64,000 bases of DNA from an uncultured Gammaproteobacteria bacterium (GCA_965231125.1 OZ246414.1:757440-821439); one strand, 5' to 3'. Positions 9,364-19,216 are shown, counted from the first letter of the stretch. A program made the numbers and translations. Notes: generated from the sequence alone by a model not told the origin.

Positions 9364-9404
9364 GTGCCGTGAGGAAAATCTTTTCCCGCGGCACTTCTTT
9401 TTTC
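9364..9404 (+). terminator. rho-independent terminator
   Basis: gtgccgtgagg...cccgcggcac stem followed by ttctttttt. Confidence 0.5.
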
Positions 9405-9444
9405 CATTTACTCCTACCATTCACTACTCACCATTCACCAATGA

Positions 9445-9954
9445 CTATTGACCAGATTTCTTTTTCTTCGTCGGAAAATTCAAGGGGACGTTGCCTCTCT
9501 GGGTCACATGCGTCTCAAGCCTTTCAATAAGAGAGCGCATTGTTTCAAGATCAGCGTGCAAAGAATCAAAGTCCTCCTGAATGTCTTCCAATTCTTCTTC
9601 AAGGTCTTCCCTAGCCTCTTCTTCTTCTTGGTCTTCCTCTTCGGCCCGTTCCTCCGCAATTTCCATTTGCCTGTTTTGGTTTACCAAAATAAAGGTGGAA
9701 AGGAAAATTGCCTCAAGAGAAACTGCTAAGGTGAGAAGACCGTAGGGAAAGGGGTCTCCAATTTTGTGGGCGAAAATTAGCCAAGCTATAAACCAGACTA
9801 CGTGAATGTAAACGAAAAACATACTACCGGAAAACTTAGTGATGAAGTCGGCAATTTTCGTTTCGGCTTCACGAATTTTTCTGCCAAAAAGTGTAAACAT
9901 GCATTCACCCCCTTTCCGAACAACAAAGTTTACCAACAAAAAACACACCCTCAC
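9445..9954 (-). CDS. DUF1003-like membrane protein with two TM helices and an acidic coiled-coil C-terminus
   Basis: FFVYIHVVWFIAWLIF...LTLAVSLEAIFLSTFILVNQNR is followed by an E/D-rich coiled coil. The start is probably the internal MFTLFGRK. Confidence 0.45.
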   Translation of the reverse strand: MRVCFLLVNFVVRKGGECMFTLFGRKIREAETKIADFITKFSGSMFFVYIHVVWFIAWLIFAHKIGDPFPYGLLTLAVSLEAIFLSTFILVNQNRQMEIAEERAEEEDQEEEEAREDLEEELEDIQEDFDSLHADLETMRSLIERLETHVTQRGNVPLNFPTKKKKSGQ

Positions 9955-11439
9955 TCAAGGCGTGGCAAAAAACATTCCACAAAGCCTGCAGTATTTAGAT
10001 GTGTTCTTACACTATACGCCTAATAAAAAGGAAAATCAACCCCGCTGTGTTATCCCGAACTAGTTTCTGGATCTCTCATAGCTTCACTCTTCGAGATGAT
10101 GGCTGACGATTGGAAGGGTCGAGGGGTGGAGCAAAAAACTGCACCCCTCGACATAGGACCGCTGAAGATGCAGATGGCTCGTCAGATCTACATCTAAAGC
10201 GGAGAGGTTGGCCAACCGCTTGCGAGAATGACTGGTGGTCGGTTAACCAACCTAGTCAACCACACCTGAGTTAGGACGCTAACGTTCCTGGTGTGGTTCG
10301 GTTACAAACTTTTCAACGGGAGGGCGATGGCGGTACGAACCGATTCTAAGTCTCAGGGAACGTAGACTTTCTCCTGGAGGTCCTGGGAGTTGAATCAGCC
10401 GACCACCATCACCGCCCTACAGAACAAACCGACTGGGCCCTCGCCTTATGTGCGCCCTATCGAATTGCTCACGAAAAAATAAATACAGTAAGTTCTCTCC
10501 TCTAAATAAAACATATTCTCTTTTTACCGACGTGTCAAGCGATTGATTGTTTGTTGGAAAATTGAAAATGGTCCCTAAAAAGGTGGAGGAGAAGTAGAGG
10601 GGTCCAACTAGTGCTGGTAGGGGACGGCGCTTTCTTCTCCTCCGGGGTTGCTACACCAGGTTCGTGGGGAAGCATGAACCTAGCGATAGCCAAGTTTGGT
10701 GACTAAGAATGTCTGGCTGACAATCCTAGCCGTTGCACGTATTTTGACCTCCTACCGAGAAGTTCATTCACTTCCCAATTCACGCGCCTTCTTCCTTCAT
10801 TCAAATGCATCACCCCTTTCTCCAAAAAGAGAGTTTGACGATGAGGGAGGGGACTCACTGTGGAAAAACCATCAGCGGTTCATCGTCATTGTTCAAACCG
10901 TTGCAGCGCTTATGCGGGACTGGATACCGGCGGTGGTTGCCGTGATACAACTATACTCCAACTTACAACCGCTATGGCGATCGTACAGCCAGAGACCTGC
11001 AACCTTGCCCCTCCCCTTTCAAGGTGCAATAGATAAAATTTAAACTTTCTTTTGGAAAAAGTCAAATGAAGTAGAGGAAAAAAATTTGGGCTAGGGAAAA
11101 CTATCCTGTTTTACCCTAGCCCGACCGGTTAGACTCGTCACCTCCGCAACTTAAGTCAGGTTACGAAGAACTCTCCATGTAGTCCGCTTAGGCCTTCTGG
11201 TCGCCAGAAGCGAACCGGGATTCGGGAACAGCTCGGGCAGCACCCCCCACGCCGATCCTTCTTGATGTTGATAACGACAATTCATATGTTCGTCATCCTT
11301 TCACAATCGAAAAGCACACGCCACTAGCGTATGCACCGTTGGGATTGCTCTTTTCTGCCCTCCTTTCTCATTTGCTCACTGCAGGTTTACTTAACCCACT
11401 GAATTCTAAGTTACAGCTTTTTTAGGGAAAAATCAATAG

Positions 11440-11474
11440 CTTAAGCATATAGTCGTAGACTATGCTTAAGCGCA
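11440..11474. other. perfect 11-bp stem hairpin in an ORF-free region
   Basis: gcttaagcata tagtcgtagac tatgcttaagc. The adjacent cccgccagctggcggg is a second perfect palindrome. Confidence 0.6.
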
Positions 11475-12037
11475 GGATCCGCAATACCTGGCCCGCCAGC
11501 TGGCGGGGCAAAAGGTATGAGGATTCTATAGGAAGGATAAGGCAAGGGAAGTGCTTCGAAGGTAAAGCCCTACCCTTGCCAGTTGCTTGGGCTCGTTTTT
11601 TTTTTTGCTCCACGCAGCAGACCTAACTAAGTATTACCTTGTCCTCACTCCCTTCCGTCAATTTGGTAAAAGTGTGTTCCCCTTCACGTCACACACTGTA
11701 TTTGGCTGGCAGCCGGAGAGGTTAGTAGCAAGCTGCCCCGTGCCTCATGTCGCCGTGGATAACGGGATGTCGGCGTCGCTGTACCCGATTCAGTAAGGGC
11801 TCGTTGTCACACCTTTTGAATTTAGCCGGCACAAGACCCTCTCCTCAATGCTACTGCCTCGACCAACCGCCCTAATGATAGATCGAATTTATGAAAAAAT
11901 CAAGAGTATTGGTGTACATTCTAACAACACAATCAGTCATTCTGGCTTGTCCAGAATCAGGTTGGTTTAGACGCGGATTCTGGAATCACTCCGACAAGTC
12001 ATACTAGCCTTCGCTCACCAGAATGACAAAAGTTGGT

Positions 12038-12475
12038 TTAGGAAAGCCTCTTCTTAACCAGAGAACTAACAACACCCATGTCGGCTTTTCCCTTTAACTC
12101 TCCGGAAAGTTTACCCATCACTTTTCCCATGTCGGTAATGCTTGAAGCTGATAGATCTTTCACTGTTTTATCAACCAATTGTTCTATTTCTGTTTCGCTT
12201 AATTGTTCAGGAAGATATTCTTGAAGAATGGAAAGTTCTTTCTGCTCTTTCTCTGCCAGGTCTACTCGCCCACCCTTTTCAAATCCTTCAATAGATTCTT
12301 TTCTTTGTTTTATTTGCCTCTGGACAGCACTGACAATATCTTCGTCGGAAAGTTCTTGCCTTTTTTCAATTTTAGCGTTGTGCAAAGCGGCAAGTAAAAA
12401 GCGGAGCGTAGAAAGCCGTAGTTCCTCTTTATTTTTCATAGCTTGCCTCATGTCTTCCTGAATTTTTTCTAGCAT
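12038..12475 (-). CDS. yqeY: GatB/YqeY domain protein
   Basis: 145 aa. The pattern MLEKIQEDMRQAMKNKEELRLSTLRFLLAALHNAKIE...ILQEYLPEQLSE is typical of the family. Confidence 0.75.
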   Translation of the reverse strand: MLEKIQEDMRQAMKNKEELRLSTLRFLLAALHNAKIEKRQELSDEDIVSAVQRQIKQRKESIEGFEKGGRVDLAEKEQKELSILQEYLPEQLSETEIEQLVDKTVKDLSASSITDMGKVMGKLSGELKGKADMGVVSSLVKKRLS

Positions 12476-12488
12476 ATTTCAAAGTATA

Positions 12489-13046
12489 TCAAATTTCGCT
12501 CTCAATTTTCTTGAGAACTTTTTCTATTTTCAAATAAAACTGCGTTAAGTTTTTGGTGTTAGTAATTGAAAAATCGGCCATTTGCATAACCTTCCGAGTC
12601 TCTTGGCCATATTCGTTTTTCTCATCTAAATCCCGCTCTTCCATCTTTAAAAATCCCTCCCAGGTTTTTGGGTCGCGGCTGCTGCCGCGGATTTTCATTG
12701 CTTTGAAACGGGCTTTTTTATTTCGATCAACGGAAATTAAGGAAGAGCCGCCTTTACCTCGGAAAAATTCCACTTCACCCCTATTTCTTAACCCGTCGAT
12801 TACCACTTTTTTAGATTTCGATTTGTTAATTTTTTCCCAAACTTCTCTCGCCAAAATATCCGTACCAAATTTTTTTCTTAACTGGTTGCCTAGATCTTGC
12901 CGCGTGGCGCGTGAAGGAGGGTTCTTCAAATGATGTTTCTCGAGAATGATGTCAGAGAGTTTGTAGTAATCAAAACCTCTAGAAACTAAATATTCGACTG
13001 CGGTGCTTTTCCCCGCACCCAACGTGCCAACCACTCCTATAATCAT
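12489..13046 (-). CDS. P-loop nucleotide/nucleoside kinase (dephospho-CoA kinase / NMP kinase-like)
   Basis: N-terminal Walker A MIIGVVGTLGAGKSTAVEYL. The ~185-aa size fits a small kinase. Exact specificity not determinable. Confidence 0.45.
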   Translation of the reverse strand: MIIGVVGTLGAGKSTAVEYLVSRGFDYYKLSDIILEKHHLKNPPSRATRQDLGNQLRKKFGTDILAREVWEKINKSKSKKVVIDGLRNRGEVEFFRGKGGSSLISVDRNKKARFKAMKIRGSSRDPKTWEGFLKMEERDLDEKNEYGQETRKVMQMADFSITNTKNLTQFYLKIEKVLKKIESEI

Positions 13047-13126
13047 AGATCAACTCAGATATGAACTCCTAACTCTAAATTCTGCATTCTTCATTCCCAT
13101 TTATCACTTATTACTTGTTACTTATT

Positions 13127-13720
13127 TTAGTATTCTCTTCTTCCTTCGATCGCGCGGGAAAGGGTTACTTCGTCGGCGTATTCTACATCGCCACCGACCG
13201 GAAGTCCATGGGCAAGTCGCGTGACGCGTACGCCAAGAGGAGAAATAAGTTTTTGGATGTACATCGCGGTGGATTCTCCCTCAACGGAAGGGTTTGTCGC
13301 CAAAATAATTTCTTTAACGCCGTCTTTTAGACGAGGGAAAAGTTCTTTAATGTGGAGTTCCTCCGGGCCAATATTGTCCAAGGGTGCGATCGCCCCGTGA
13401 AGAACGTGGTAAAGGCCTGTGTAGCTGTGCGAGCGTTCCAGAGCCAAAACATCCAAAGGCTCCTCCACTATCATTATTTGGGAGCGGTCGCGGCCGGCCG
13501 AGGCACAGACAGAGCAAGGGTTTTCCTCGGCAATGTTAAAACAAGTGGTACAAATAATGGTTTTTTCTTTCAGCTCAGAAATGGCAGCCGCTAGTACATC
13601 TGAACGTTCTTTTGGGGCGTGAAGTAAAAAATAAGTAAGCCGTTGCGCGCTCTTTGGCCCAATTCCCGGAAGTTTTTCAAATTCGGCAATTACGGCCTCA
13701 ACTGATTTGGGAATTCTCAT
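13127..13720 (-). CDS. recR: recombination protein RecR
   Basis: 197 aa. Helix-hairpin-helix GIGPKSAQRL, Cys4 zinc finger CTTCFNIAEENPCSVC, and a Toprim-like C-terminus. Confidence 0.9.
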   Translation of the reverse strand: MRIPKSVEAVIAEFEKLPGIGPKSAQRLTYFLLHAPKERSDVLAAAISELKEKTIICTTCFNIAEENPCSVCASAGRDRSQIMIVEEPLDVLALERSHSYTGLYHVLHGAIAPLDNIGPEELHIKELFPRLKDGVKEIILATNPSVEGESTAMYIQKLISPLGVRVTRLAHGLPVGGDVEYADEVTLSRAIEGRREY

Positions 13721-13795
13721 TATAAATATTTTACCACATCAAAAAGAAAGCGCCCAAGGGAAAAATCTTGGACGCTCGCGACAACACTGCGATGT

Positions 13796-14377
13796 TCACG
13801 GCTTCGTAACTAGACTGTTGTAGAATTTTAACACTATAACAATCAGTCCGATGGTGCCAAGAACCACCAGGATAAGATTACCGGGTGGAGACCAATAGGT
13901 CCCGAATGTTCCAAAAAGGGCTCGATCGGTCGTAATCTTGATAGCGCTGCCAGCGCCTACGGCATTTCCGGGGATCTCCACGCTGTCCACCGACCTACCA
14001 AATCCGGACTTGTAGATCGTTTCGGTTGAGATGTAGTAGTCTACACCATCGCCAGGCGGAGCGATTGCGAATTTTGTCAAGTACACCTTCGCATCGGTGT
14101 AGGACAAAGTTACCACCCTGGGCTTGAGATTCTTACTGGCAAACTCCGCTGGTTTAAGCCTCTGGCTAATTCCATCGCTAGGAAAAGTTACATCGTTGCT
14201 GATTGCATACGGAATCCCCTGAATGTCTGGGCGCTTGATACTCACCTCGGCCTTACCTGTCTTTGGGAAAACCTGCCACCCGGAAATCCCACCCAAGACC
14301 AGCAACAAAACCACTGTGATCACCCGCCCAGTACGGACAAAAAATGGGTCAACCTCGGAAAGTGTCGTTGCGTTCAT
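13796..14377 (-). CDS. hypothetical exported/membrane-anchored protein (G+C higher than neighbours)
   Basis: 193 aa with an N-terminal TM helix. Also a C-terminal hydrophobic segment GNLILVVLGTIGLIVIVL. Confidence 0.35.
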   Translation of the reverse strand: MNATTLSEVDPFFVRTGRVITVVLLLVLGGISGWQVFPKTGKAEVSIKRPDIQGIPYAISNDVTFPSDGISQRLKPAEFASKNLKPRVVTLSYTDAKVYLTKFAIAPPGDGVDYYISTETIYKSGFGRSVDSVEIPGNAVGAGSAIKITTDRALFGTFGTYWSPPGNLILVVLGTIGLIVIVLKFYNSLVTKP

Positions 14378-14513
14378 CTCCCCTTCTTTCTAGACGTGAA
14401 AACGCCAAGCGATTGGAACTCTTCCTTTTGTGGGTAATTATACCATTGAAAAGCAAAGTGGAGAAATAATTGAAGAAAAAGTGAGGGCGTCCTGACAAAA
14501 GTCAAAAGACGCC

Positions 14514-14963
14514 CTAGGTTAGTACTCGTGGGCCAAGTTGCCTTTCGATCTCGACGCTAAGCTTTTCCAAACTCACATCGAAACCCGCAATAAGCGAAAC
14601 TCCAAGGCCCCGGTCGTTGATTATTAAGCCGAGCAAAAGGTAGGCCGGGCTAATTTTCCCGCCAAAACGTTCTGCTTCTTGGCCGGCGTACTGTATACTT
14701 TTCCAAACAGCCGGCGAAGGTCTTATTTCTCCCGGAGCAGTCTGACCGTTACGATCTAACTTGCCAAGCCTCTTGCGCACCTGCCTGAGCTGGACGCCTG
14801 CCTCAGTGAGAACTTTTTCCGGCAAGCTCCCCTCCTGGCGCAGTAAAGCGACCAGCAAGTTTTCGGTCCGAACGCGGCCGTTACCAACTCGGCGGGCCTC
14901 CTTTTCGGCAAACTGCAAGGTGACACACGCCTCTTCGTCGAAGTTGTCAAGATTTACTTGCAT
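14514..14963 (-). CDS. Clp N-terminal (Clp_N) repeat domain protein
   Basis: Two Clp R-domain repeats (...TENLLVALLRQEGSLPEKVLTEAGV... and ...PAYLLLGLIINDRGLGVSLIAGFDV...). G+C higher than flanks. Confidence 0.5.
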   Translation of the reverse strand: MQVNLDNFDEEACVTLQFAEKEARRVGNGRVRTENLLVALLRQEGSLPEKVLTEAGVQLRQVRKRLGKLDRNGQTAPGEIRPSPAVWKSIQYAGQEAERFGGKISPAYLLLGLIINDRGLGVSLIAGFDVSLEKLSVEIERQLGPRVLT

Positions 14964-15876
14964 GACTAACCTTCGGTTTTAGGAAAAGGCTTGCCGCTTG
15001 CATCCACTCGCCTGGGGACCCGAGAATTCGCTGGATTGCGTGCTGTCCCAACTGCTCTGTTACCCGACGGACATCTGCCTCCTGGTCATCCGTCCAGTTG
15101 CAAGGAAACGGAGAAGCGTCTAAATCCAGCGTTGCGGTTTCTGGATCCCAATCTAGCTCGAGTGTGTAGATTTTGGCCTGGTACTTTCTGGCAAGTCGCG
15201 CCGGAAACGTAACTACACCGACTTCAGCATTACCCACTTGGCAAACAACGTCGTCCGGCCTTGGGTCACGAAAGATGTCAATCAAAACCATAGTGACATC
15301 TCCCAACAAAAGGCGTTGCTCGGCTCTTTCGGAAGTTCCCCTGCCCCTGATGTGCTCCAGATGCGCACCGTGATACTCTCGCGAACGGTCGAAAATCCGA
15401 CCTACAAAACGGATGGATTCGACCACAACCGTAAGATTCAGATCGAGTTCTTTTATTTTTGGTGCAGCTGCGTCGAAACGGCCAACATGGTTGGCCACTA
15501 AAACGATCGGTTGTCCAGCTTTGTGGAGTCTCGATACCTCGAACATGCCCAAACCAACCCGGACTGTATCTTTGAACAGATCTGGATCCTTGTGGAAAAG
15601 CACAAAAGTGCAATCTTCAGCAATTGTGCGCGCCACTTGTCTCGCTTGTTCGCGAATCTCATCACCATCTAAATCGGGCCGCAGTAGCGAAAGGTTTTTT
15701 TCAATCTGGCGCCGCCTTCGTCGCCAAATCCTAAATATCCGATCGGCCCAAACCCGAGCTTTAGTGAGCCTCTTTCTTCCCCTGGCAGTAAAAAGGAAGA
15801 ATAAAGCCACCAACACTACTACTATCACAAAGGCAAGCTCCAAAAAGCCCACCAATTTGCGGATCCTCCCAGTCAT
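14947..15876 (-). CDS. lysophospholipid/lipid A-type acyltransferase (LPLAT superfamily)
   Basis: 309 aa. N-terminal TM, then an HX4D-like motif VANHVGRFD and the general layout of LpxL/HtrB-PlsC acyltransferases. G+C higher than flanks. Confidence 0.45.
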   Translation of the reverse strand: MTGRIRKLVGFLELAFVIVVVLVALFFLFTARGRKRLTKARVWADRIFRIWRRRRRQIEKNLSLLRPDLDGDEIREQARQVARTIAEDCTFVLFHKDPDLFKDTVRVGLGMFEVSRLHKAGQPIVLVANHVGRFDAAAPKIKELDLNLTVVVESIRFVGRIFDRSREYHGAHLEHIRGRGTSERAEQRLLLGDVTMVLIDIFRDPRPDDVVCQVGNAEVGVVTFPARLARKYQAKIYTLELDWDPETATLDLDASPFPCNWTDDQEADVRRVTEQLGQHAIQRILGSPGEWMQAASLFLKPKVSHASKS

Positions 15877-15966
15877 GATTTCTCCTCCCTTTATGAATCC
15901 ATTGGATTTGCATTATTATCTTGGCTAGTAGCCAAGATATTATCAATTTTTTGGGAAAAAGAAAAC

Positions 15967-16248
15967 TCAGCCTTTTAGAAGGTCTTGAAGGCCGCCGAGA
16001 CCGCCCATCATGCCTTGCATTTTTTTGGCGGCCACTTTTTGGGCTTCGTCCATGGCTTTATTAATCGCGTCTTTCAGTTTATCCGGCTCAATATCCGCTG
16101 GGTAAGAAAGATTCAAGATTTTTTGCGCGCCATTAATTTTTACTTTTACGTCCCCGTGCTCCACTTCGATAATTTCAGTTTCCAGCTCTTTTTTCATCTG
16201 GTCCGCCTGCTTTTTTAAATCATACATTTGTTTTAATTTGTCAAACAT
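15967..16248 (-). CDS. ybaB: YbaB/EbfC nucleoid-associated protein
   Basis: 93 aa, MFDKLKQMYDLKKQADQMKKELE...GMMGGLGGLQDLL. Directly downstream of dnaX, as in many bacteria. Confidence 0.85.
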   Translation of the reverse strand: MFDKLKQMYDLKKQADQMKKELETEIIEVEHGDVKVKINGAQKILNLSYPADIEPDKLKDAINKAMDEAQKVAAKKMQGMMGGLGGLQDLLKG

Positions 16249-16269
16249 TTTCCTCCTAAAATAATTTTG

Positions 16270-17982
16270 TTAATCTAATTTTCCAAATATCCCGGCAGGG
16301 TCTACTTCGTCTCTGGTTTCTAGCTTCGGCTCTTGCTCCACCTTTTTCGGTCTCTCAACTAGTACCGATTTTATTTTAACAGAAGTCTGCAACTGCTTTT
16401 CCAATATCGCTTCCAGAATAGAACGATATTTTGGTTCTTCCACCATGTCTTTATGAAATCGGTAGGAAAATTTTAGAAAAAGGGTGTCTTCTTCCACTCT
16501 GTCCGGGATGGCGGCGCGGAGAAATATTTCTAAAGATTTATTTTGGCTGCGAATTTCTTTTAAAATAGCCGGCCACGCATCCTTAACTTTTTTTAAAATC
16601 TTCTCTTCGGAAACTTCTGTTTTCTTGCCGTTAAAACTGTCATCCTGAACTTTATAGTCCGAAGGACGCAAGCTCTGCTTATTCAGGATCTGCTTCTCAC
16701 TCTTGCGAGAACCACTCGACTTAATTTTTTTTTGTTCTTCCTTTGCTCGATTCCTTAATAGCTTGATCGCTGGCTCTTCCTTCTCCTCTGTCCCTTTTGC
16801 TTGCCCCGCGGAGCCCTGGCGAAGTGGGGTCTCCTTCCCAAATTGCTCTCCTGATGGCTCGATTGCTCGATCACTTTCTACCTGAAAATCGCAGGCTTCA
16901 ACCAAAGCAAGTTCAAGTGGAAGCTGGGGAATAGTCGCCATCGCTAGCTCTTCAATAGCTTTCGTGAATAGACCAATTAATTTATTCAATCTTCCACTGT
17001 TTATTTGATTAGACAGCAAAATAATATTAGAATAAACTTCTGGGTTTACGTCTTTAACCAACTCTTCCCCTAGTCCATTTTTGATAAGCAATATTTTCCG
17101 TAATATTTCGATAATTGCCTCGTTTAGAACTCGTACATTACCGCCACCATTGATAAAATCATCGAGCCACAAAAGCGCCTCTTTAATTTTACGCCCCTCG
17201 GTAGCCTCCAAAAGCTCTAGAACTTGGGAAATATCTTTTTTCCCAAGCAGTTCCAAAACTTCTTCCTTAGTAGCCAGCGGGTTTACTCCGGCCACCTTTT
17301 CTAAAAGCACTTCGGCATCGCGAAAGGCGCCATCACCGGCTTTGGCAATTTCGGTAAGTGCCTCTGCCCCAATTTTCCAACCTTCGGCTTTGACTTCTTT
17401 TTCTAACTTTTCCTGGATACTTGCCGCCTTTGGGCGGACAAAATTAAAACGCTGCGATCGGGAAATAATAGTTCCCGGTAGTTTATGAGGCTCGGTTGTC
17501 GCCAAAATAAAAACGGCGTGGGCCGGCGGCTCTTCTAAAGTTTTTAGCAAAGCGTTGAAAGCTTCGGCCGTAAGCATGTGGGCTTCGTCAATTATGTAAA
17601 CTTTGTAACGGCCGGAACTCGGGGACAGCTTAATTTTTTCGCGCAGTTCCCGCACATCGTCAATACCACGGTTGGAAGCGGCGTCAATTTCAATCAAATC
17701 TAGAAACCGGCCGGCAGCGATCGCCTCGCAATTTTCGCATTTGCCACATGGTTCTCCAAATTTTTCTTCACCCTTTCCCCTGCCCCCTAAACCCTTGCAG
17801 TTCAAAGCTTTCGCGAGAATTCTTGCGGTTGAAGTTTTCCCGGTTCCTTTTGGGCCGGAAAAAAGATAGGCGTGGTGGATTTTTCCGGATTCAAGTTGTT
17901 TAACTAAAGTTTCGGTTACCTGCGGCTGGCCAACAACTTCGGAAAGTTTTTGCGGTCGGTATTTGCGGTATAAAACATCCAT
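16270..17982 (-). CDS. dnaX: DNA polymerase III subunit gamma/tau
   Basis: 570 aa. N-terminus MDVLYRKYRPQKLSEVVGQ. Walker A GPKGTGKTSTARILAKALNC. Zinc module CGKCENCEAI. DEAH-like IIDEAHMLT. Confidence 0.9.
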   Translation of the reverse strand: MDVLYRKYRPQKLSEVVGQPQVTETLVKQLESGKIHHAYLFSGPKGTGKTSTARILAKALNCKGLGGRGKGEEKFGEPCGKCENCEAIAAGRFLDLIEIDAASNRGIDDVRELREKIKLSPSSGRYKVYIIDEAHMLTAEAFNALLKTLEEPPAHAVFILATTEPHKLPGTIISRSQRFNFVRPKAASIQEKLEKEVKAEGWKIGAEALTEIAKAGDGAFRDAEVLLEKVAGVNPLATKEEVLELLGKKDISQVLELLEATEGRKIKEALLWLDDFINGGGNVRVLNEAIIEILRKILLIKNGLGEELVKDVNPEVYSNIILLSNQINSGRLNKLIGLFTKAIEELAMATIPQLPLELALVEACDFQVESDRAIEPSGEQFGKETPLRQGSAGQAKGTEEKEEPAIKLLRNRAKEEQKKIKSSGSRKSEKQILNKQSLRPSDYKVQDDSFNGKKTEVSEEKILKKVKDAWPAILKEIRSQNKSLEIFLRAAIPDRVEEDTLFLKFSYRFHKDMVEEPKYRSILEAILEKQLQTSVKIKSVLVERPKKVEQEPKLETRDEVDPAGIFGKLD

Positions 17983-18060
17983 TGGTTAGAGTATTTTACC
18001 TGCATTTTCTTTGGTTGACAATCCGCTCTTGTCAACTTGACACATGATATTTGGCTACTT

Positions 18061-18135
18061 TTAGTCCACGAAGTGGTCGCAGCACGCGGAGTATTCGGCT
18101 TCGGCACAAGGTGCGGAAGGCGTAGAATACGAGCG
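18061..18135. repeat. 75-nt intergenic palindromic repeat family A, full copy
   Basis: ttagtccacgaagtggtcgcagcacgcggagtattcggcttcggcacaaggtgcggaaggcgtagaatacgagcg is near-identical to 36440-36514 (a few mismatches). It contains a GACCAC/GTGGTC hairpin and further imperfect stems. Confidence 0.8.
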
Positions 18136-18151
18136 TGCTATACTTGAATTA

Positions 18152-18517
18152 ATGACCGTCGAGGAAGCGTTTACCAAAAGACTTCACAACGTTCCGGTAA
18201 CTACTAGTGGCATAGTTATAAAAATTCTGGCTGATGACAACGGTGAAACCCCTCACCAACGGTTTATTATTGAGCTGCACCGCGGCCATACGCTGTTAGT
18301 CGCGCACAATCTTCTCCGGGCTTACCGGGTGCCCGTGAAACTCGGCGATAAAGTCGAAATTCACGGCACTTACGTTTGGAATAAATACGGTGGCATTGTT
18401 CACAACACCCATCATTACGGCGGCGAGTGCGTGGGCGGCACATGCGACCCTCACGAAGACGGCTACATAAATTTCTTTGGATTAAAAAAACCCAACGTAG
18501 AAAAAATTGCCTCTTAA
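18152..18517 (+). CDS. DUF3465-family protein
   Basis: 121 aa. HQRFIIEL, LLVAHN and GGIVHNTHHYGG match the conserved blocks of DUF3465. Confidence 0.55.
   Translation: MTVEEAFTKRLHNVPVTTSGIVIKILADDNGETPHQRFIIELHRGHTLLVAHNLLRAYRVPVKLGDKVEIHGTYVWNKYGGIVHNTHHYGGECVGGTCDPHEDGYINFFGLKKPNVEKIAS
18439..18489. repeat. 51-bp direct repeat, copy 1 (inside the 3' end of the DUF3465 CDS)
   Basis: cacatgcgaccctcacgaagacggctacataaatttctttggattaaaaaa recurs exactly at 20284-20334. Confidence 0.85.
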
Positions 18518-18652
18518 AAGTGAGAGCCCCGATTTTAGGTTAAACCGAGGGCTCGATCACTCTCTTTCTTGCTATAGTAGTTTGTTTTGAGTTCTCTTCC
18601 CTTCTGCCTGGTTAGAGAGACGGATCCAGTACTGGTGATTCTTGTTACATTT

Positions 18653-19216
18653 CTAGCAGCTCCAAACTCCCTCCCAGCTGCTGCCTCCCCCGTGACACTC
18701 ACATTTGCAGAGGGTGAGACGCTCGACCAAAGCCTTGCCTCGTGCCGTTGTTACCAGGTCGAAGAAGGGTCTGTCTATCCAGGACAGTACTATCAGCAAA
18801 CACTCTCGACAAGCGAGACTATCCTCCCAACCGAAACGACCACTTCTTCTGGCCTCGGTGTGACGGGCCTCTTTATGGAAGGATAAGACCCAGTCAAAGA
18901 TCGCTAGGTCGTATTCGCGCACCACTTCTCCGAAGCACTTCGGGCAAAAGCTGACCTCTTCTCCACTACTAAGTTCGACGGTCTCAATTTCACAGAGACC
19001 TGGATGGCTGGCTTTCTCCAGGACCCACTGATAATCATCAGGAAACTCCTCCTTACTGATAACCAGAAGGCAGGCGCTGCAGACGCGAACTTGATCGCCA
19101 AGAAAGAGACACTTCGTCGGGGCACCTCCAGAACAATCTTTGGCTATCTGTACGTTGCACCAGTCCCCACCTTTCGCAAGCTTAACTACTTCGTCCAAAG
19201 TATCTTCCTTCCTCAA
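18653..19216 (-). CDS. cysteine-rich hypothetical protein (multiple CxxC pairs), paralog 1
   Basis: 187 aa. DWC..IAK.C, GDQVRVCSACL, FCPKCFGE, ACRECLL and LVTTARGKALVE are shared with the adjacent paralog. Confidence 0.45.
   Translation of the reverse strand: MRKEDTLDEVVKLAKGGDWCNVQIAKDCSGGAPTKCLFLGDQVRVCSACLLVISKEEFPDDYQWVLEKASHPGLCEIETVELSSGEEVSFCPKCFGEVVREYDLAIFDWVLSFHKEARHTEARRSGRFGWEDSLACRECLLIVLSWIDRPFFDLVTTARGKALVERLTLCKCECHGGGSSWEGVWSC

Noticed and set aside
10060-10480. RNase P, tmRNA or SRP RNA in the 10-12 kb non-coding region.
   Set aside because: Could not find the conserved blocks (GGAAAGUCCGGGC / ACAGAANCCGGCUUA, the ...CUCCACCA 3' end with ANDENYALAA-type tag, or the CCAGGUCAGGUCCGGAAGGAAGCAGCC core) by eye. 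Left as an untyped candidate.
10696-11796. ORFs 10696-11043 (+), 11422-11613 (-) and 11587-11796 (+) in the ORF-free region.
   Set aside because: No start context or family resemblance, and they run through strong perfect hairpins. More likely non-coding.
18521-18575. Hairpin after the DUF3465 stop (agtgagagcccc...gggctcgatcact) as a rho-independent terminator.
   Set aside because: The stem is imperfect and followed by only a weak T-run. It lies at the insertion boundary, so it is not called confidently.
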